Source of the DNA: an uncultured delta proteobacterium
GTDB lineage: Bacteria; Desulfobacterota; Desulfobacteria; Desulfobacterales; Desulfatirhabdiaceae
Direction of reading: 5' to 3'
Assembly: GCA_963789395.1 (NCBI GenBank)
Contig: CAWBKP010000011.1
Span: forward strand, 224,001-288,000
DNA length: 64,000 nt
Made by a program: the position numbers and the translations under genes. Under the pieces are notes generated by a model. That model saw only the letters and a list, made by a program, of their open reading frames with translations. It did no database searches and had not been told where the DNA came from. Each line of letters opens with the position of its first letter. The first letter of the stretch is position 1. Below are positions 30,054-41,772 of the stretch, one piece after another.

Positions 30054-30133
30054 ATTTTGAACATTCGAATTTAGAATTTGTTTCGAATTTCGTTCGATAT
30101 TCGGATTTTGCCTGAACAAACGTTTCGTTCAGG
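30054..30133. repeat. Family A right arm plus hairpin
   Basis: TTTGTTTCGAATTTCG..GATATTCGGATTTTG then CCTGAACAAACGTTTCGTTCAGG. Confidence 0.75.
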
Positions 30134-30144
30134 CACTTCAGCCG

Positions 30145-31131
30145 TTAATTACCCTCTGCCTTAAGATCCTTCTCTTTCACCTTTTCCCACGTACCGTCCG
30201 GATCAAAGGCCTTTATCGCCTGAGCCAGTTTCCCGGTTTTCGGGCCCAGATTTTTCTGATACACCACGCCATCGTGATTCACGATAAATGTCATGATGCC
30301 CGATGATGCGTATTTGGCGGGATAGGCCACCAGCGCAAACCCGCCGATCATTTTCCCCTTGGCCATGTAGTCATAAGCGCCGCCCGGTGCGTTCTTCCCC
30401 TGAGCTTTCAGGATGCGAAAGTAATAGCCGTGATAGGGCGAAGTCTTGCCCTTCTTTTTTGCATAGCCTTGTTTGGCTGCCTCGGCAATCAGGGGGCCCA
30501 GAGGGCTGGGCTTCTCGCCCGCTTTCACTTCCCAATAGAGGCCGTTTTTCTTTCCCGGATCACTGAAGAATTTCTGGGCATATTCCAGAAACCCGTCACC
30601 GGTCCAATCTTCGAGCGCGTATTCGCGCTGAGCATCCACGTAGGCCAGGCAGGTCTGGATGGTGTTCCATTCATTTCTGCCGATTCTTCGCGCCAGGATT
30701 TCATCCCGGCCCTCCTTGACATCAAAATGCCACAGATCACCTTTTTTCACGATCGGAATGGCGAAGGGCCAATCGTCATTTCCCAAATACAGAATGGACT
30801 TCTCGGCGGATTCTTCCTGCAGCCTGCTCTTCTCTTCATAGCGCTGGATGAACCGATCGTACCCGGCGCTGTCCGATACCGGGTCGCCGGAGGATACAAG
30901 ATCCTTGCTCCCTGGCCCGAAAATCGCCTCCAGAGCTTTGATGTCCTTTGATTTCAAAGCCTCGACCAAAGCCTTGACCGCTTCTTCCGGGGAAGCAAAC
31001 GTTCGCTGCTTTACGGTCTTCGCATGGGATGCACCGCAGATCAATAATGAAATAAATGCGGCGGCCATAAGGAGCACTCCGCAACGACTCAACGTTGATT
31101 TTCTTTCTGTCCTATTGATATGTAACACCAC
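30145..31131 (-). CDS. DUF2950 family protein
   Basis: FASPEEAV, WPFAIPIV, RRIGRNE, PYHGYYFRIL, GFALVAYPAKY..SGIMTF, FDPD..W. Confidence 0.9.
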   Translation of the reverse strand: MVLHINRTERKSTLSRCGVLLMAAAFISLLICGASHAKTVKQRTFASPEEAVKALVEALKSKDIKALEAIFGPGSKDLVSSGDPVSDSAGYDRFIQRYEEKSRLQEESAEKSILYLGNDDWPFAIPIVKKGDLWHFDVKEGRDEILARRIGRNEWNTIQTCLAYVDAQREYALEDWTGDGFLEYAQKFFSDPGKKNGLYWEVKAGEKPSPLGPLIAEAAKQGYAKKKGKTSPYHGYYFRILKAQGKNAPGGAYDYMAKGKMIGGFALVAYPAKYASSGIMTFIVNHDGVVYQKNLGPKTGKLAQAIKAFDPDGTWEKVKEKDLKAEGN

Positions 31132-31193
31132 GGCTTTTTCCTCCGTTCCAAAGTGATGAACTCGTAACAGGTAGTAGTGTGATTCCGGGCCGG

Positions 31194-32559
31194 TTATCTG
31201 CCGCGTCCACCGCCACCTCTACCGCCGCCGCCACCGCCCCGGCTTGCACCGCCACCGCCGCCGCCAAAGCTTGCACCGCCACTTCCGCGGCTGAAGCCGC
31301 TGCCGCTCCCGCCGCCTCTGGAGGAAGACATGCTTTGATTTCCCCGGCTGCTGAATTCCTTTGCCTGGCTGCCGCGATCACTACTTCCGAAGGCGCTTTT
31401 ACCCGTCTGCTGCTGGCCGCCGGCACGATTTCCGGAGGCGCCTCTGTCCATCTGCTGCTGGCCTCCGGTCCGATCGCCACGGCCGCCGGCGTCTGTTCGC
31501 TGCTGCGCCCCCCGGTCGGTCGAACCTGCATCCCGGCGACCCTGGGAATCCTGACGCCCGCCCGCTGTTTGGCCACGGTATGCGTCCGCACTGCCACGGC
31601 CTCCGTCCTGCCTTCCTGCATCGGTGCGGCCACGGTAAGCCTCCCGGGACTGTGCATTCCCGGATGCCCGCCCTGTTGTATTTATTTGCCGTCCCCTGGT
31701 CCCTGTAGGATACGCCTTTTCGGTGCTCGGGGTTGTGCTGCCACTGACCCTGGCCCCCCTGGCCTCTCGATATATTGTTCTGATAGTTGCTTCGGTTGAT
31801 GTTTCTATTGAGGTTCGCGTTCTGGTTGATATTGACATTGACATCACCGCCTCTCCAGTTGCAGTTTCCCCACGCATAGCCCCAGGCCGCCCCGACGGCA
31901 ACACCTACGCCGAAGGAAAACAGCGCCGCGCCGGCCGTGTACCCGGGAGGATAATAAGTGTAGGGAGGATAGGCCGGATACGCCCAGACGCCATAAACCA
32001 CCGTCGGATTATAGGCCGGCACATAGACGACCTGCGGGTTTGCGGGCTGGATGATGATTGTCTGCGTTTCTTTCTCCACAACGACCGTCTGCTGCTCGGT
32101 GGTCTTCAGGTTGCCCGCTGCCTGGGCTTTTAACCGAAGTTTCTGGACCGTGTCCATCACGTCCTTCTGCTGCGCCAGAAAGGCATCACCCATCTTCTGG
32201 GTCCAGTCCAGCCTCTCGTTCATCATGTCCAGAACCTGCGGAAAATTCACCAGGGACTTGACGCTCGGGTCCCAGTTCTCCTTTTCAAGGGCCGCTGTCA
32301 GGACATCCCCCTTGAGGTTCTTGTTCGTCTTGACCCAGCGCGCCGCCTGGACCACCTCAAGTGGATAGGTGGATGCCATGAAGATCTGAGCCAGAAGCGA
32401 GTCCGGGTAAAGCGCGATAGGCGCCAGCAGCTGATCCAGTTGTTCCTGACTAAAAGGCTTGTCCCCGCCGCCGCTCTGCGCCATGGCCCCCGGCGGGACG
32501 ACCAGCAGGATCGTCAGCAACACGGCCAATGCTTTTATAAATGGTATGTTATGCTTCAT
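31194..32559 (-). CDS. DUF3300 family protein with RGG/Gly-rich tail (frameshift near 31660)
   Basis: LDQLLAPIALYPDSLLAQI, WDPSVKSL, VYVPAYNPTVVYG, WQHNPEHR; tail GGGRGGGGRGR. Confidence 0.9.
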
Positions 32560-32974
32560 GTCTCCCCTCTCTTTTCTGTACCAGGTCAGAACTTGCCCCT
32601 GCGTGCTGTGAATCAACTGATTTGAAGAGTCCCCGTCAATACAATTATCAATGCCGACACATCCCTTATAACGTGGCGGACTGGTTTCTCAGCGTACCGG
32701 AAGGGTTAAACGCTGCCCGGCGCATTACTCACATTCGCTCTACATGTCTGGGATACCACCTGCCCTATATGCTGTCAAGGACATTTAAGAGACGATTCAA
32801 GAGGGTTTTGTTCCCGCATCTCCGGCCGGCTTCCGGAAAAGCATGGCTGAAAGCAGTCGATTCAAAGCCCATGCATTTTTCATTTACATCCAATAACGTT
32901 TATTGATATATGATGTGACAGAGATTGGGTAAATATGGAAAAACTTCTACAACTACAAGAAAAGGAAGGCAATC

Positions 32975-33538
32975 ATGAAAACAGATAGATACCTAAAAGT
33001 ACTGTCAATGACGCTTTGTACCGCCGTTGCATTGGCTTTTTTTGCGGTTGATGCGTCAGCCGTGACCAAGGCCGAAGTTAACGCCGGTGTCAAGGCCGCC
33101 ACGAACCGGTTCCTGAAGGATGTCAAGGGCGGGCCCCAATACTACAAGGCGGCAAAAGCGGCTCTGATCATGCCGAATATCACCAAGGCCGGTTTGATCG
33201 TCGGCGGCCAGTACGGTACCGGTGCACTTAAAGTCGGCGGCAAAACCATCGGCTACTACAATCTTGCCGGAGCATCCCTCGGACTGATGGCCGGCGCCCA
33301 GAAATATGACATGATCATTCTGTTCTATACCGATGCGGCACTCAAGAAATTCACTTCCAGCGATGGCTGGGAGGCCGGTGTGGATGCGGAAGTGGCATTG
33401 ATAGATGTGGGTGCGGAAGGTTCTGTGGAGACACTTCGCAGCCAGTCTCCGGTAATCGGTTTTGTTTTCGATCAAAAGGGTTTGATGGGCGGGGTTTCCA
33501 TCAAAGGGGCAAAATTTACAAAGACCCAGCTGAAGTGA
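32975..33538 (+). CDS. YSC84/SYLF-like protein, copy 3 (secreted)
   Basis: KAGLIVGGQYGTG...SLGLMAGAQ...GWEAG...KGLMGGVSIKGAKF. Confidence 0.82.
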   Translation: MKTDRYLKVLSMTLCTAVALAFFAVDASAVTKAEVNAGVKAATNRFLKDVKGGPQYYKAAKAALIMPNITKAGLIVGGQYGTGALKVGGKTIGYYNLAGASLGLMAGAQKYDMIILFYTDAALKKFTSSDGWEAGVDAEVALIDVGAEGSVETLRSQSPVIGFVFDQKGLMGGVSIKGAKFTKTQLK

Positions 33539-33597
33539 TGTGAAGACAAGAACAGGATGCACTGTACTGTTCAGCTTAAGACAAGGAGAAAGATCTG

Positions 33598-35937
33598 ATG
33601 CCAAGGATTAACTGCTTGCAGTATCGACAGATCGCCCAGATAAGTTTCTGGATGTTCGTCGCCAGCTCAATTCTGTTCTGTTTTACCACAGTGTCCGCCG
33701 CCAAAACCAAAGCCGCCGCACCGCAAACACCATCCATTGAAACGATTCACCCCGAATCCATGAACGACATCAACAAGCTGCTCTCCCGACTCAGCGATGA
33801 CCAGGTGCGGGAGATCCTGATCCAGCAGCTGGCAAAAAGTCTGCCATCGGCTCGCCCGTCCTCCCAAGTGCCCGGGATGTCCGGAATGATGCATGAGATT
33901 GAATCGTTCTCCGTCCTGCTGGAGCGGCGGATCTTGGAACTGGGACATTATCTGCCCCGGTTTTTTCCCGATATGGCGCAAACCTTCGAGACTGGTTTCG
34001 AAGGGGCGGGGCTAACGGACCTGCTTCTGATGTGTCTCGGACTGGTGGTGATCATCGGCCTGGCTCTTGCTGTAGAGCGTTTTTGCCGGCGGTTCAGTGC
34101 CGGCATTCGGGATCGTTTCGATGCGGCGCCGGAAATGCAGGGCTGGCTTCGCTTCAGTGCCGCCATCGTGAGAATTCTGGTGGAATTTTTGGGTATTCTA
34201 ATCTTTTCCCTGATCAGCGGGCTACTATTTGCACTGATCCCTTTTTCCCGGAATGTCGGATGGCGGCCTTTGTTCATCGCCGTGATGCTGGTCATCGTAT
34301 TGATCCGCATGATAATCCTTCTGTCCCGCCTGATCTGGTCTCCCGATGCCGCTCGGTTCCGCCTGGTTCCGGTGTCGGACGAAACCGCCGCCCTCCTTCA
34401 TCGGAATTTGACCCGGCTGGCCGCTTATTTGGTTGTAATTAATGTGCTTTTGCTGTTTCTTCAGAAACTGCAAGCCTCACAGGAGGGCATTTTTTTCATC
34501 CTTCTGGTGCTTTCCATGCCGTTTGTGTGGATGATTCAGCGCTTTCTCTGGAATATCCGAACGACTGTGGCGAACCACATGCGGGAAACGGGTAGGGGGC
34601 CATCCGGCAACATTTCCTGGTTCCGGAATCTGATGGCATCCCACTGGCACCTGCTGGTGATGGGGTATACCATCATTTTATGGCTCCTGGCGGTCGGACG
34701 GTTTGCGTTGTATCGGTCCGCAGCATGATCAGGCTTTTCTAATCAGTTTTTTGATTATTCCGCTGTATCTGATATTCGGTGCGGGCTGGCAAATGGCTGA
34801 TCACGGAGACACTGGGGACGATCCGCAAGACAGAAGCGGGAGAGAATACCCGGTATTTTGTGATCGCCATGCGGCTGGTCCGTATTGTCATCATTTTAAC
34901 GCTGGCATTCTGGCTCCTGAATATCTGGGGAATTGATCTGCCGATTATCCAGGAGGTGATGCATGCGTCCTTCAGCATCCTGGTAACCCTGGTCCTGGCC
35001 CATCTGATATGGGGGCAGGTCAACCGGTACATTCAACAGAAACTGGACGTCCCTGGCGCCTCCGCCTTCTGAAAAAAAAGAGGATCATGACGACGAATTC
35101 AGTGGAATCATTCTGGACCGCAGCTTCACCCTGCTTCCCATGCTCCGGAAATTCTTGGGAACGGTTCTGGTCGTCATGGTAGCACTGATCGTTCTCTCCA
35201 GTCTGGGCATCAATATCGGGCCGCTCATGGCCGGTGCCGGCGTTGTGGGGTTGGCGCTCGGCTTCGGGGCCCAGAAACTGGTGGCGGACGTGCTGTCCGG
35301 CATCTTCTACCTGGTGGACGATGCCTTCCGGGTGGGGGAGTACATTCAGGCAAGCAGCGTATCGGGGACGGTGGAAGGCTTCACCCTGCGAAACATCATG
35401 ATGCGGCACCATCGCGGGGCACTGCAGATCGTGCCTTTCAGCAAACTGGGCGCCATCACCAACTACAACCGGGGCGGCATGGTGATGAAATTCAATCTGG
35501 AGCTGCCTTACGACACCGATGTTGATCAGGTGCGCAAAGTCATCAAAAAGGTGAACCAGAAGGTCATGGAAGACCCGGAACTGGGTCCGGACCTCCTCCA
35601 GCCGATCAAATCCCAGGGGATTAAGAAAGTAGCCGATTCCGTGATGAGCTTCCGGGTGAAATTTACGGCCAAACCTGGAAAGCAGTTCGTCATTCAGCGG
35701 AAGGCTTTCCAACTCATTACCGAGCAACTGGCCAAAAAGGGAATCCATTTCGCCCATCGCAAGGTGATCGTCGAGCTTCCCACTGTCCATGAGGATACAT
35801 CCGGCACCAACGTCCCTGAAGCTGCCCTGTCTCCGGAAGCCACCGAACACCTCAAGGCAGGGGCCGCGGCAGCCCTGACTCGAATTCTCGTCGAGGAAGA
35901 AGAGGAAGCTGCGGCGCTCGCCAAAAAGAAAAAATGA
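33598..35937 (+). CDS. MscS family channel with long N-terminal membrane region (frameshifts near 34720-34780 and 35050-35080)
   Basis: AGAGVVGLALGFGAQKLVADVLSG..DDAFRVGEYI; three collinear fragments. Confidence 0.85.
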
Positions 35938-36001
35938 CCTCTGGTGGAATCATTTTGATATTATCATTGTGAATTTGGGCCAAGGAACGGAAACCGTGAA
36001 A

Positions 36002-36543
36002 ATGCAACATAAACATAAACAGCACCGGAATGGCAGGATGAAACACCCGCCGGAGCTCAGGCAACTCATCTTGAGCGTGGGGAGCATTATCCTGGCATTG
36101 GCCATCGTAGCTGTCCTGGCTGCCCGATGGCCCATTCACTGCATGCGGAGGCGCTGCCCGCGGCTGCGCAGATTGTTGAATCGATCGGGGAATCCTCCCC
36201 GCTATCTTTGCCGAAGCCAAAACTGACTGGCAGAAAGCTTCAAGGAAAATGGACGCGGCCGGACGGCGGATATATCCTTGATATCCGGAAAGTGCATGAC
36301 AGCGGAATGATGGACGCAGGGTATTTTAACCCGAAATCGATTCATGTGGCCAAAGCCGAAGCCACCCGCGTCGGCGGCATTCTGAGGGTGTTCATCGAAC
36401 TGCGCGACGTGAATTATCCCGGATCCACCTACACCCTGACGTATGACCCCGCAAGTGATCAACTGAAGGGGATTTATTTCCAGGCACTTCAGAAACAAAG
36501 CTATGAAGTCGTCTTTGTTAGGACGAAAAGGGGGAACACATGA
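36002..36543 (+). CDS. Membrane-anchored or secreted hypothetical protein (frameshift near 36125)
   Basis: TM segment in the upstream frame, then GKWTRPDGGY..YFNP..DVNYPGSTYTL. Confidence 0.7.
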
Positions 36544-36573
36544 TTCATTGCAAGACCATATTTTCAGGAGCAA

Positions 36574-37359
36574 ATGCGATCCGTATCGATTTCAAAGGCG
36601 AAATGCGGACTTGTGCTGATCGCTCTGGCGGCCGCGTTTATCCTGGCCCTGCCCGGTCCGCTCATGGCACGGGGTACGGACACGTCAGATCAATGGCAGT
36701 TCATGATAGAACCGTATATCTGGATGCCAAGCCTTAACGCTTCAACCACAACCGGCGCGGATATCGATATCAGTTTTAATGATATTATCGACAATCTGCA
36801 ATTTACGTACATGATGGTTGCAGGCGTTAAAAAAGGGAAGTGGTCGTTCCTGGTCGATACGCTCTATCTTGATCTCGAGGCGGATAAGGACGGCCGTATT
36901 CTTGCCTCGGACCGGATTATCAACACGCATACCGAAGTGAGCTTACAGTCATGGGTCGTTACGCCGGTCATCGGCTACAACGTTATTGATTGCAACGCCG
37001 GCAAACTCGATATCGTCGGCGGCGCCCGCTACATCTGGGTGAAACCGGAAATCCAGGTGAACACCAGCGCACCGCTCTCGAGAGACCCGAATTTTTCTGG
37101 TACCGGCGACAACTGGGACGGCATCTTGGGCTTAAAAGGGGAGGTTTCCTTATCCGAGCGGTGGTACCTGCCCCTGTATCTGGACATCGGCACGGGTGAA
37201 AGCCAGTTGACCTGGCAGGCGGCAGGCGGCATCGGTTACCGATTCAGCGCATGCGATGTGGTCGCCGGCTACCGGTATCTGAGGTGGAATTTCGATAGCG
37301 GTCCGCTGGATGATTTGTACATCAGCGGTCCCTACGCCGGTGTAAAATTCAAGTTCTAA
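36574..37359 (+). CDS. Outer-membrane beta-barrel protein
   Basis: Signal peptide; WQFMIEPYIW; YLDIG...GYRYL; terminal GVKFKF. Confidence 0.8.
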   Translation: MRSVSISKAKCGLVLIALAAAFILALPGPLMARGTDTSDQWQFMIEPYIWMPSLNASTTTGADIDISFNDIIDNLQFTYMMVAGVKKGKWSFLVDTLYLDLEADKDGRILASDRIINTHTEVSLQSWVVTPVIGYNVIDCNAGKLDIVGGARYIWVKPEIQVNTSAPLSRDPNFSGTGDNWDGILGLKGEVSLSERWYLPLYLDIGTGESQLTWQAAGGIGYRFSACDVVAGYRYLRWNFDSGPLDDLYISGPYAGVKFKF

Positions 37360-37364
37360 TAGAG

Positions 37365-37515
37365 AAAATACGAAGCACGAAATTCTAAATTCGAAACAAA
37401 TTCAAAATTCCAATATCAAAACGGCGAATAATATCATCTCGAAATCTCCCAGTTAGGGCATTCAGATTTGATTTTTATTCCTTGTTTCGGATTTCGATAT
37501 TCGAATTTCGAATTT
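37365..37515. repeat. Family A element (complete, empty)
   Basis: CGAAGCACGAAATTCTAAATTCGAAACAA ... TTGTTTCGGATTTCGATATTCGAATTTCG. Confidence 0.8.
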
Positions 37516-37581
37516 ATATTATTTTCCGTCTTTCCGTTCACTCACTATTAACTTATTTATGACACAAAAAAGGAGATTCTT

Positions 37582-38139
37582 ATGCGCACTAAAATTTGTT
37601 TGTCACGCGTAGCAATGATGATGGCAGTATTTTTCTCGGTTGTTTTTACCCAATCCGCCCTGGCGGTGGACGCTACCCAGTTGGACCGCGCCGGACAAAA
37701 GGCGCTGAATAGACTGTATGCCAAAAATCCCGTTGCCAAGGAGCTTTCCAAAGTCGCAAAAGGTGTTCTGGTTTTCCCGAGTGTCACGAAGGTGGGATTC
37801 ATCTTTGGCGGCCAATATGGAGAAGGCGTCCTTTTCGTAGAAGGGAAAACCGCCGGTTACTTCAATACTGTCACTGCTTCCTACGGATTGCAGGCGGGTG
37901 CTCAGAAATTCTCCTATGTCCTGTTTTTCATGGATGCGGATTCTCTTGCGTATCTCTTCAAAAGCGAAGGCTGGGAAATCGGCGTGGGCCCCAGCGTTGT
38001 CTTCGTTGACGAGGGATTGGCAAAATCGTTGTCAACCACAACCGCCCAGCAAGGGATTTATGCCTTCATCTACGGGCAGCAGGGGTTGATGGCGGGAGTG
38101 GGTATTCAAGGGTCTAAAATCAGCCGGATCAATCCCTGA
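37582..38139 (+). CDS. YSC84/SYLF-like protein, copy 4 (secreted)
   Basis: AKGVLVFP..KVGFIFGGQYGEG..SYGLQAGAQ..GWEIG..GLMAGVGIQGSKI. Confidence 0.85.
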   Translation: MRTKICLSRVAMMMAVFFSVVFTQSALAVDATQLDRAGQKALNRLYAKNPVAKELSKVAKGVLVFPSVTKVGFIFGGQYGEGVLFVEGKTAGYFNTVTASYGLQAGAQKFSYVLFFMDADSLAYLFKSEGWEIGVGPSVVFVDEGLAKSLSTTTAQQGIYAFIYGQQGLMAGVGIQGSKISRINP

Positions 38140-38150
38140 TGGACCGATTC

Positions 38151-38460
38151 CCTGAACGGAAAATCTGTTCAGGGAAAATACGAATATCGAAATCCGAAAC
38201 AAATTCAAAATTCCAATATCAAAACGCTCAAATATTTTCATCATAAAATCAGATAGTTTGAGCATTCAGATCCTCTTGCAAAAGTACTGCAGTTCGTCAC
38301 CCCGGTGAAAACCGGGGTGACGAACTCCTTTGAATTCGCTGGATACCGGCTTTTGCCGGTATGATGGGAAAGGCGCAATTTGAAGGGGTTTTTGATAGCG
38401 TCTCTTCAAATTTGAGTTTTTATTCCTTGTTTCGGATTTCGATATTCGAATTTCGAATTT
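38151..38460. repeat. Family A element carrying a nested family B element (~38271-38410)
   Basis: Collinear with 37365-37515 except for ~140 extra nt containing GTTCGTCACCCCGGTGAAAACCGGGGTGACGAAC. Confidence 0.8.
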
Positions 38461-38479
38461 AATATTTTGGAGTTTCCTG

Positions 38480-39520
38480 ATGCCACAGTATCATTCCTTC
38501 GGAATACCCGGATACAGACGCCGGTCACCTGTCAAGACGCTTTTCCGAGTGCTCGGATGGATTCTGGCGGTTCTTGTCCTGACGGCCATTACCGGCTGGG
38601 AAACCCTGGCCGTTTACTATTCCAACCTGCCGGAAGGGCTCAGGATGCCCGGCGCCATCGGGATCGCGCTGTTTTCTCTTGGGACACTCGTACTGGTTCG
38701 CCCGGCAGGCAGATCCATCCTGATTTTTCTGTGCGGTTTTACGATGATCGTTATCATGTTTCTGATGATCCCGCCTTCCAACAACCGGGACTGGCAGCCG
38801 GATGTGGCTCGCCTTTCCTGGGCCGATATTGACGGCGACCGGATCACGGTGCACAACATCCGCAATTTCGACTACCGCAGCGAGACCGACTACACCCCCG
38901 CCTATTACGACAAGCAATTTTACCTGAGCAAGCTGCAGGGGGTGGATGTGATCGCCGTTTACTGGATGGGACCCGCCATCGCGCATGTGTTCCTGAGCTT
39001 CGACTTCACCGGTAACGATCACCTGGCTATTTCCATCGAGGCGCGCAAGACAAAAGGGCAAGGCTATTCGACGGTCAAGGGCTTTTTCCGCCAATACGAA
39101 CTCTACTACGTGGTGGCCGACGAGCGGGATGTCATCCGGCTGCGCACCAACTACCGTCATGATCCGCCGGAACAAGTATATGTTTATCGGGCACAAGGTT
39201 CTATCGAGAACGGCCGGCGGTTGTTCCTGGAGTATATGACCAAGATCAACTCGCTGAAGACCACCCCCGAATTTTACAATTCCCTGACCACAAACTGCAC
39301 CACCAACATCTGGCTGAATTCTCGGGTTAATCCGGATCATCTGCCGTTCAGCTGGAAGATTCTGCTCAGCGGCTATGTCCCGCAATACCTCTATGAAAAC
39401 GGGAGGCTGGATCGCAGTATCCCCTTTCCGGAACTCGAAAAACGCGCCCACATCAATGACCGGGCGCATGCAGCGGATAAGGCGGCGGATTTTTCGCAGC
39501 GCATCCGGGAAGGGCTTTAA
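38480..39520 (+). CDS. DUF4105 (Lnb N-terminal-like) membrane protein
   Basis: PSNNRDWQP, IRNFDYRS, AHVFLSF, ERDVIRLRTN, FYNSLTTNCTT. Confidence 0.85.
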   Translation: MPQYHSFGIPGYRRRSPVKTLFRVLGWILAVLVLTAITGWETLAVYYSNLPEGLRMPGAIGIALFSLGTLVLVRPAGRSILIFLCGFTMIVIMFLMIPPSNNRDWQPDVARLSWADIDGDRITVHNIRNFDYRSETDYTPAYYDKQFYLSKLQGVDVIAVYWMGPAIAHVFLSFDFTGNDHLAISIEARKTKGQGYSTVKGFFRQYELYYVVADERDVIRLRTNYRHDPPEQVYVYRAQGSIENGRRLFLEYMTKINSLKTTPEFYNSLTTNCTTNIWLNSRVNPDHLPFSWKILLSGYVPQYLYENGRLDRSIPFPELEKRAHINDRAHAADKAADFSQRIREGL

Positions 39521-41772
39521 ATGAGAATTCGATTAGCGTATGAATCCGTTATTGCCTTAACCGGGCTGATCCTGGCCGTTTTCCTTCTTGCCGCACCGCT
39601 GCCGTCCAGTGCCGACGAACCCGTTGGCACAGCAAGCAGTGTAAAACGGCCGAAAATCTGCCTCGTGCTGTCCGGCGGGGGCGCCCGCGGTGCGGCCCAT
39701 GTCGGCGTCATCAAGGTTCTGGAAGAGTATCGGGTGCCCATCCACTACATCGCCGGAAACAGCATGGGGGCGCTGGTCGGCGCTTCCTACGCGACGGGAA
39801 CGAGCGTAGCGGAAATGGAAGAAATCATCGCCGGTATATCCACCGAGCTTTTATTTAAAGAAAAGCCGCCGCGCAAGGAACTGGCCATGCGGCGCAAACA
39901 GGATGATTACTCCATTTTATTCGGCCCCGAATTCGGTGTCGGTGACGGAGAATTGAAGCTTCCCAAAGGCTTTGTGTCCGGTGTGCAGCTTGAAACCGTC
40001 CTGCGCAGGCTTTCCAAGGCCAAGGGCTACTATAATTTCGATGATCTGCCCATTCCATACCGCGCCGTGGCCACGGATCTGGTGACCGGCAAAGTCGTGG
40101 TTTTCAGCGAGGGCGAACTTGCCAACGTGATGCGCGCCAGCATGTCGGTCCCTGTAGCGGTTGCACCGGTGGAGATTTCCGGAAAATTACTGGTTGACGG
40201 CATGCTTACCCAGAATCTGCCGGTGGAAACCGGGCACATGTTGCATCCTGACATCATTATCGCGGTAAATGTCGGCACGCCGCTGTTGAAGCGCGACGAG
40301 TTGAACGGTATCCTCGGCGTGTCCGGACAGATGCTCAGCATTCTGACCGAGCAGAATGTCCAGACCTCGCTTGCATTGCTGAAACCCACCGACATCCTGA
40401 TCACGCCGGATCTGGGAGATTTTTCGACCGGCGACTTTGACAATCTGCCGCAGATCAGCCCGCTTGGCGAAGAGGCGGCGCGAAAGGTGGCCGACAGGCT
40501 CGCTCAGCTTTCCATCCCGGCCGAGGAATATGCCGCGCTTCGCCGGCAGCAACTGGTCGCTTCGGTGCCGGAACCGAAGCCGGTTGACGAGATCCGGTTC
40601 GAGAATCTGAAGCGCGTCAACCCGGTAACCGAGCAGGCGGTGATGGAGACCAAAGTCAATGAGCCGATCGATCAGGAGATACTCGACCGCGACATGCGCC
40701 GCCTTTACGGCACCGACGATTTCGAGCATGTGAACTACCGATTCCTGGAGGAGCCCGGCAAACGGGTGCTTGCAGTGGACGCGATAGAGAAATCCTGGGG
40801 TCCGGACTACCTGCGCTTCGGATTGGGGCTGAGCAGCGATTTTCAGGGCGATGCGTACTTCAACATTCTTGCCAGCTATCGCAAGACCTGGCTTAACTCG
40901 CTCGGGGCCGAGTGGCGCAACGATTTACAGATCGGCCGCACCTCCGTCCTACAGAACCGAGTTCTACCAGCCGCTCGATGACCGGGGCTATCTTCTTTGT
41001 CTCCCCGTATGCCTCGTACGAGAATTACGTGACGGACCTCTACCAGGGCAGCAATCGCATCGCAACCTATAATATAGACTCCTTTCTTGGCGGAATGGAT
41101 CTCGGCAGCCAGTTCACCCGGTATGGCGAGCTCAGGGTCGGTACGCAGTGGGGCGTGAAATCTCCGGAACTGTCTACCGGACCGCAAAGCCTGTCACCCG
41201 GAGTGAGCGATGTCGCGCAAGGGGCGTTCAGGACACGGCTCTTTCTCGATCAGCTCGACAGCGTTCACTTCCCCCGTTCGGGATGGCGCTTGGGATCCAA
41301 CGTGTATAACTCGAACACCGCAATCGGCGCCGACCAGGACTACACCAAGTGGGACGTTGACGGAACCTTCGTCCATTCATTCGGTTCCCATACGTTCAAC
41401 CTCGCTGTGAAAGCCGGCGGCAAAATCGGCTCCGATCCGTTGCCGAATTATGACCTGTTCCAGTGGGGGGGGTTTCTGCAGCAGTCGGGGTATGCCACCG
41501 GCCAGTTGGTGGGTGAGGATTTGAAATTCGCCCGGCTCATGTACTACCACCGGATTTTACAAGGAACCCTGCTCGAGGGGGTATACGGGGGCCTTTCGCT
41601 CGAGGTCGGCCAGGTCGGCAGTCCACTGGTGCCGGGAAGCCCGGACGGGGTGCTTGAATCCATGTGCTTCTTTCTGGGCGCTGACAGCCCGATCGGACCC
41701 GTCTATCTGGGTTACGGACGTTCGATGGATGCCGACAGCAGTTTCTATTTTTACCTCGGCAGACCTTTTTAA
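39521..41772 (+). CDS. Patatin-POTRA-Omp85 barrel phospholipase (PlpD/type Vd-like; frameshifts near 40950-40995)
   Basis: LSGGGARGAAHVGV, GNSMG, RASMSVP, VDGM; C-terminal GPVYLGYG...FYFYLGRPF. Confidence 0.9.
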
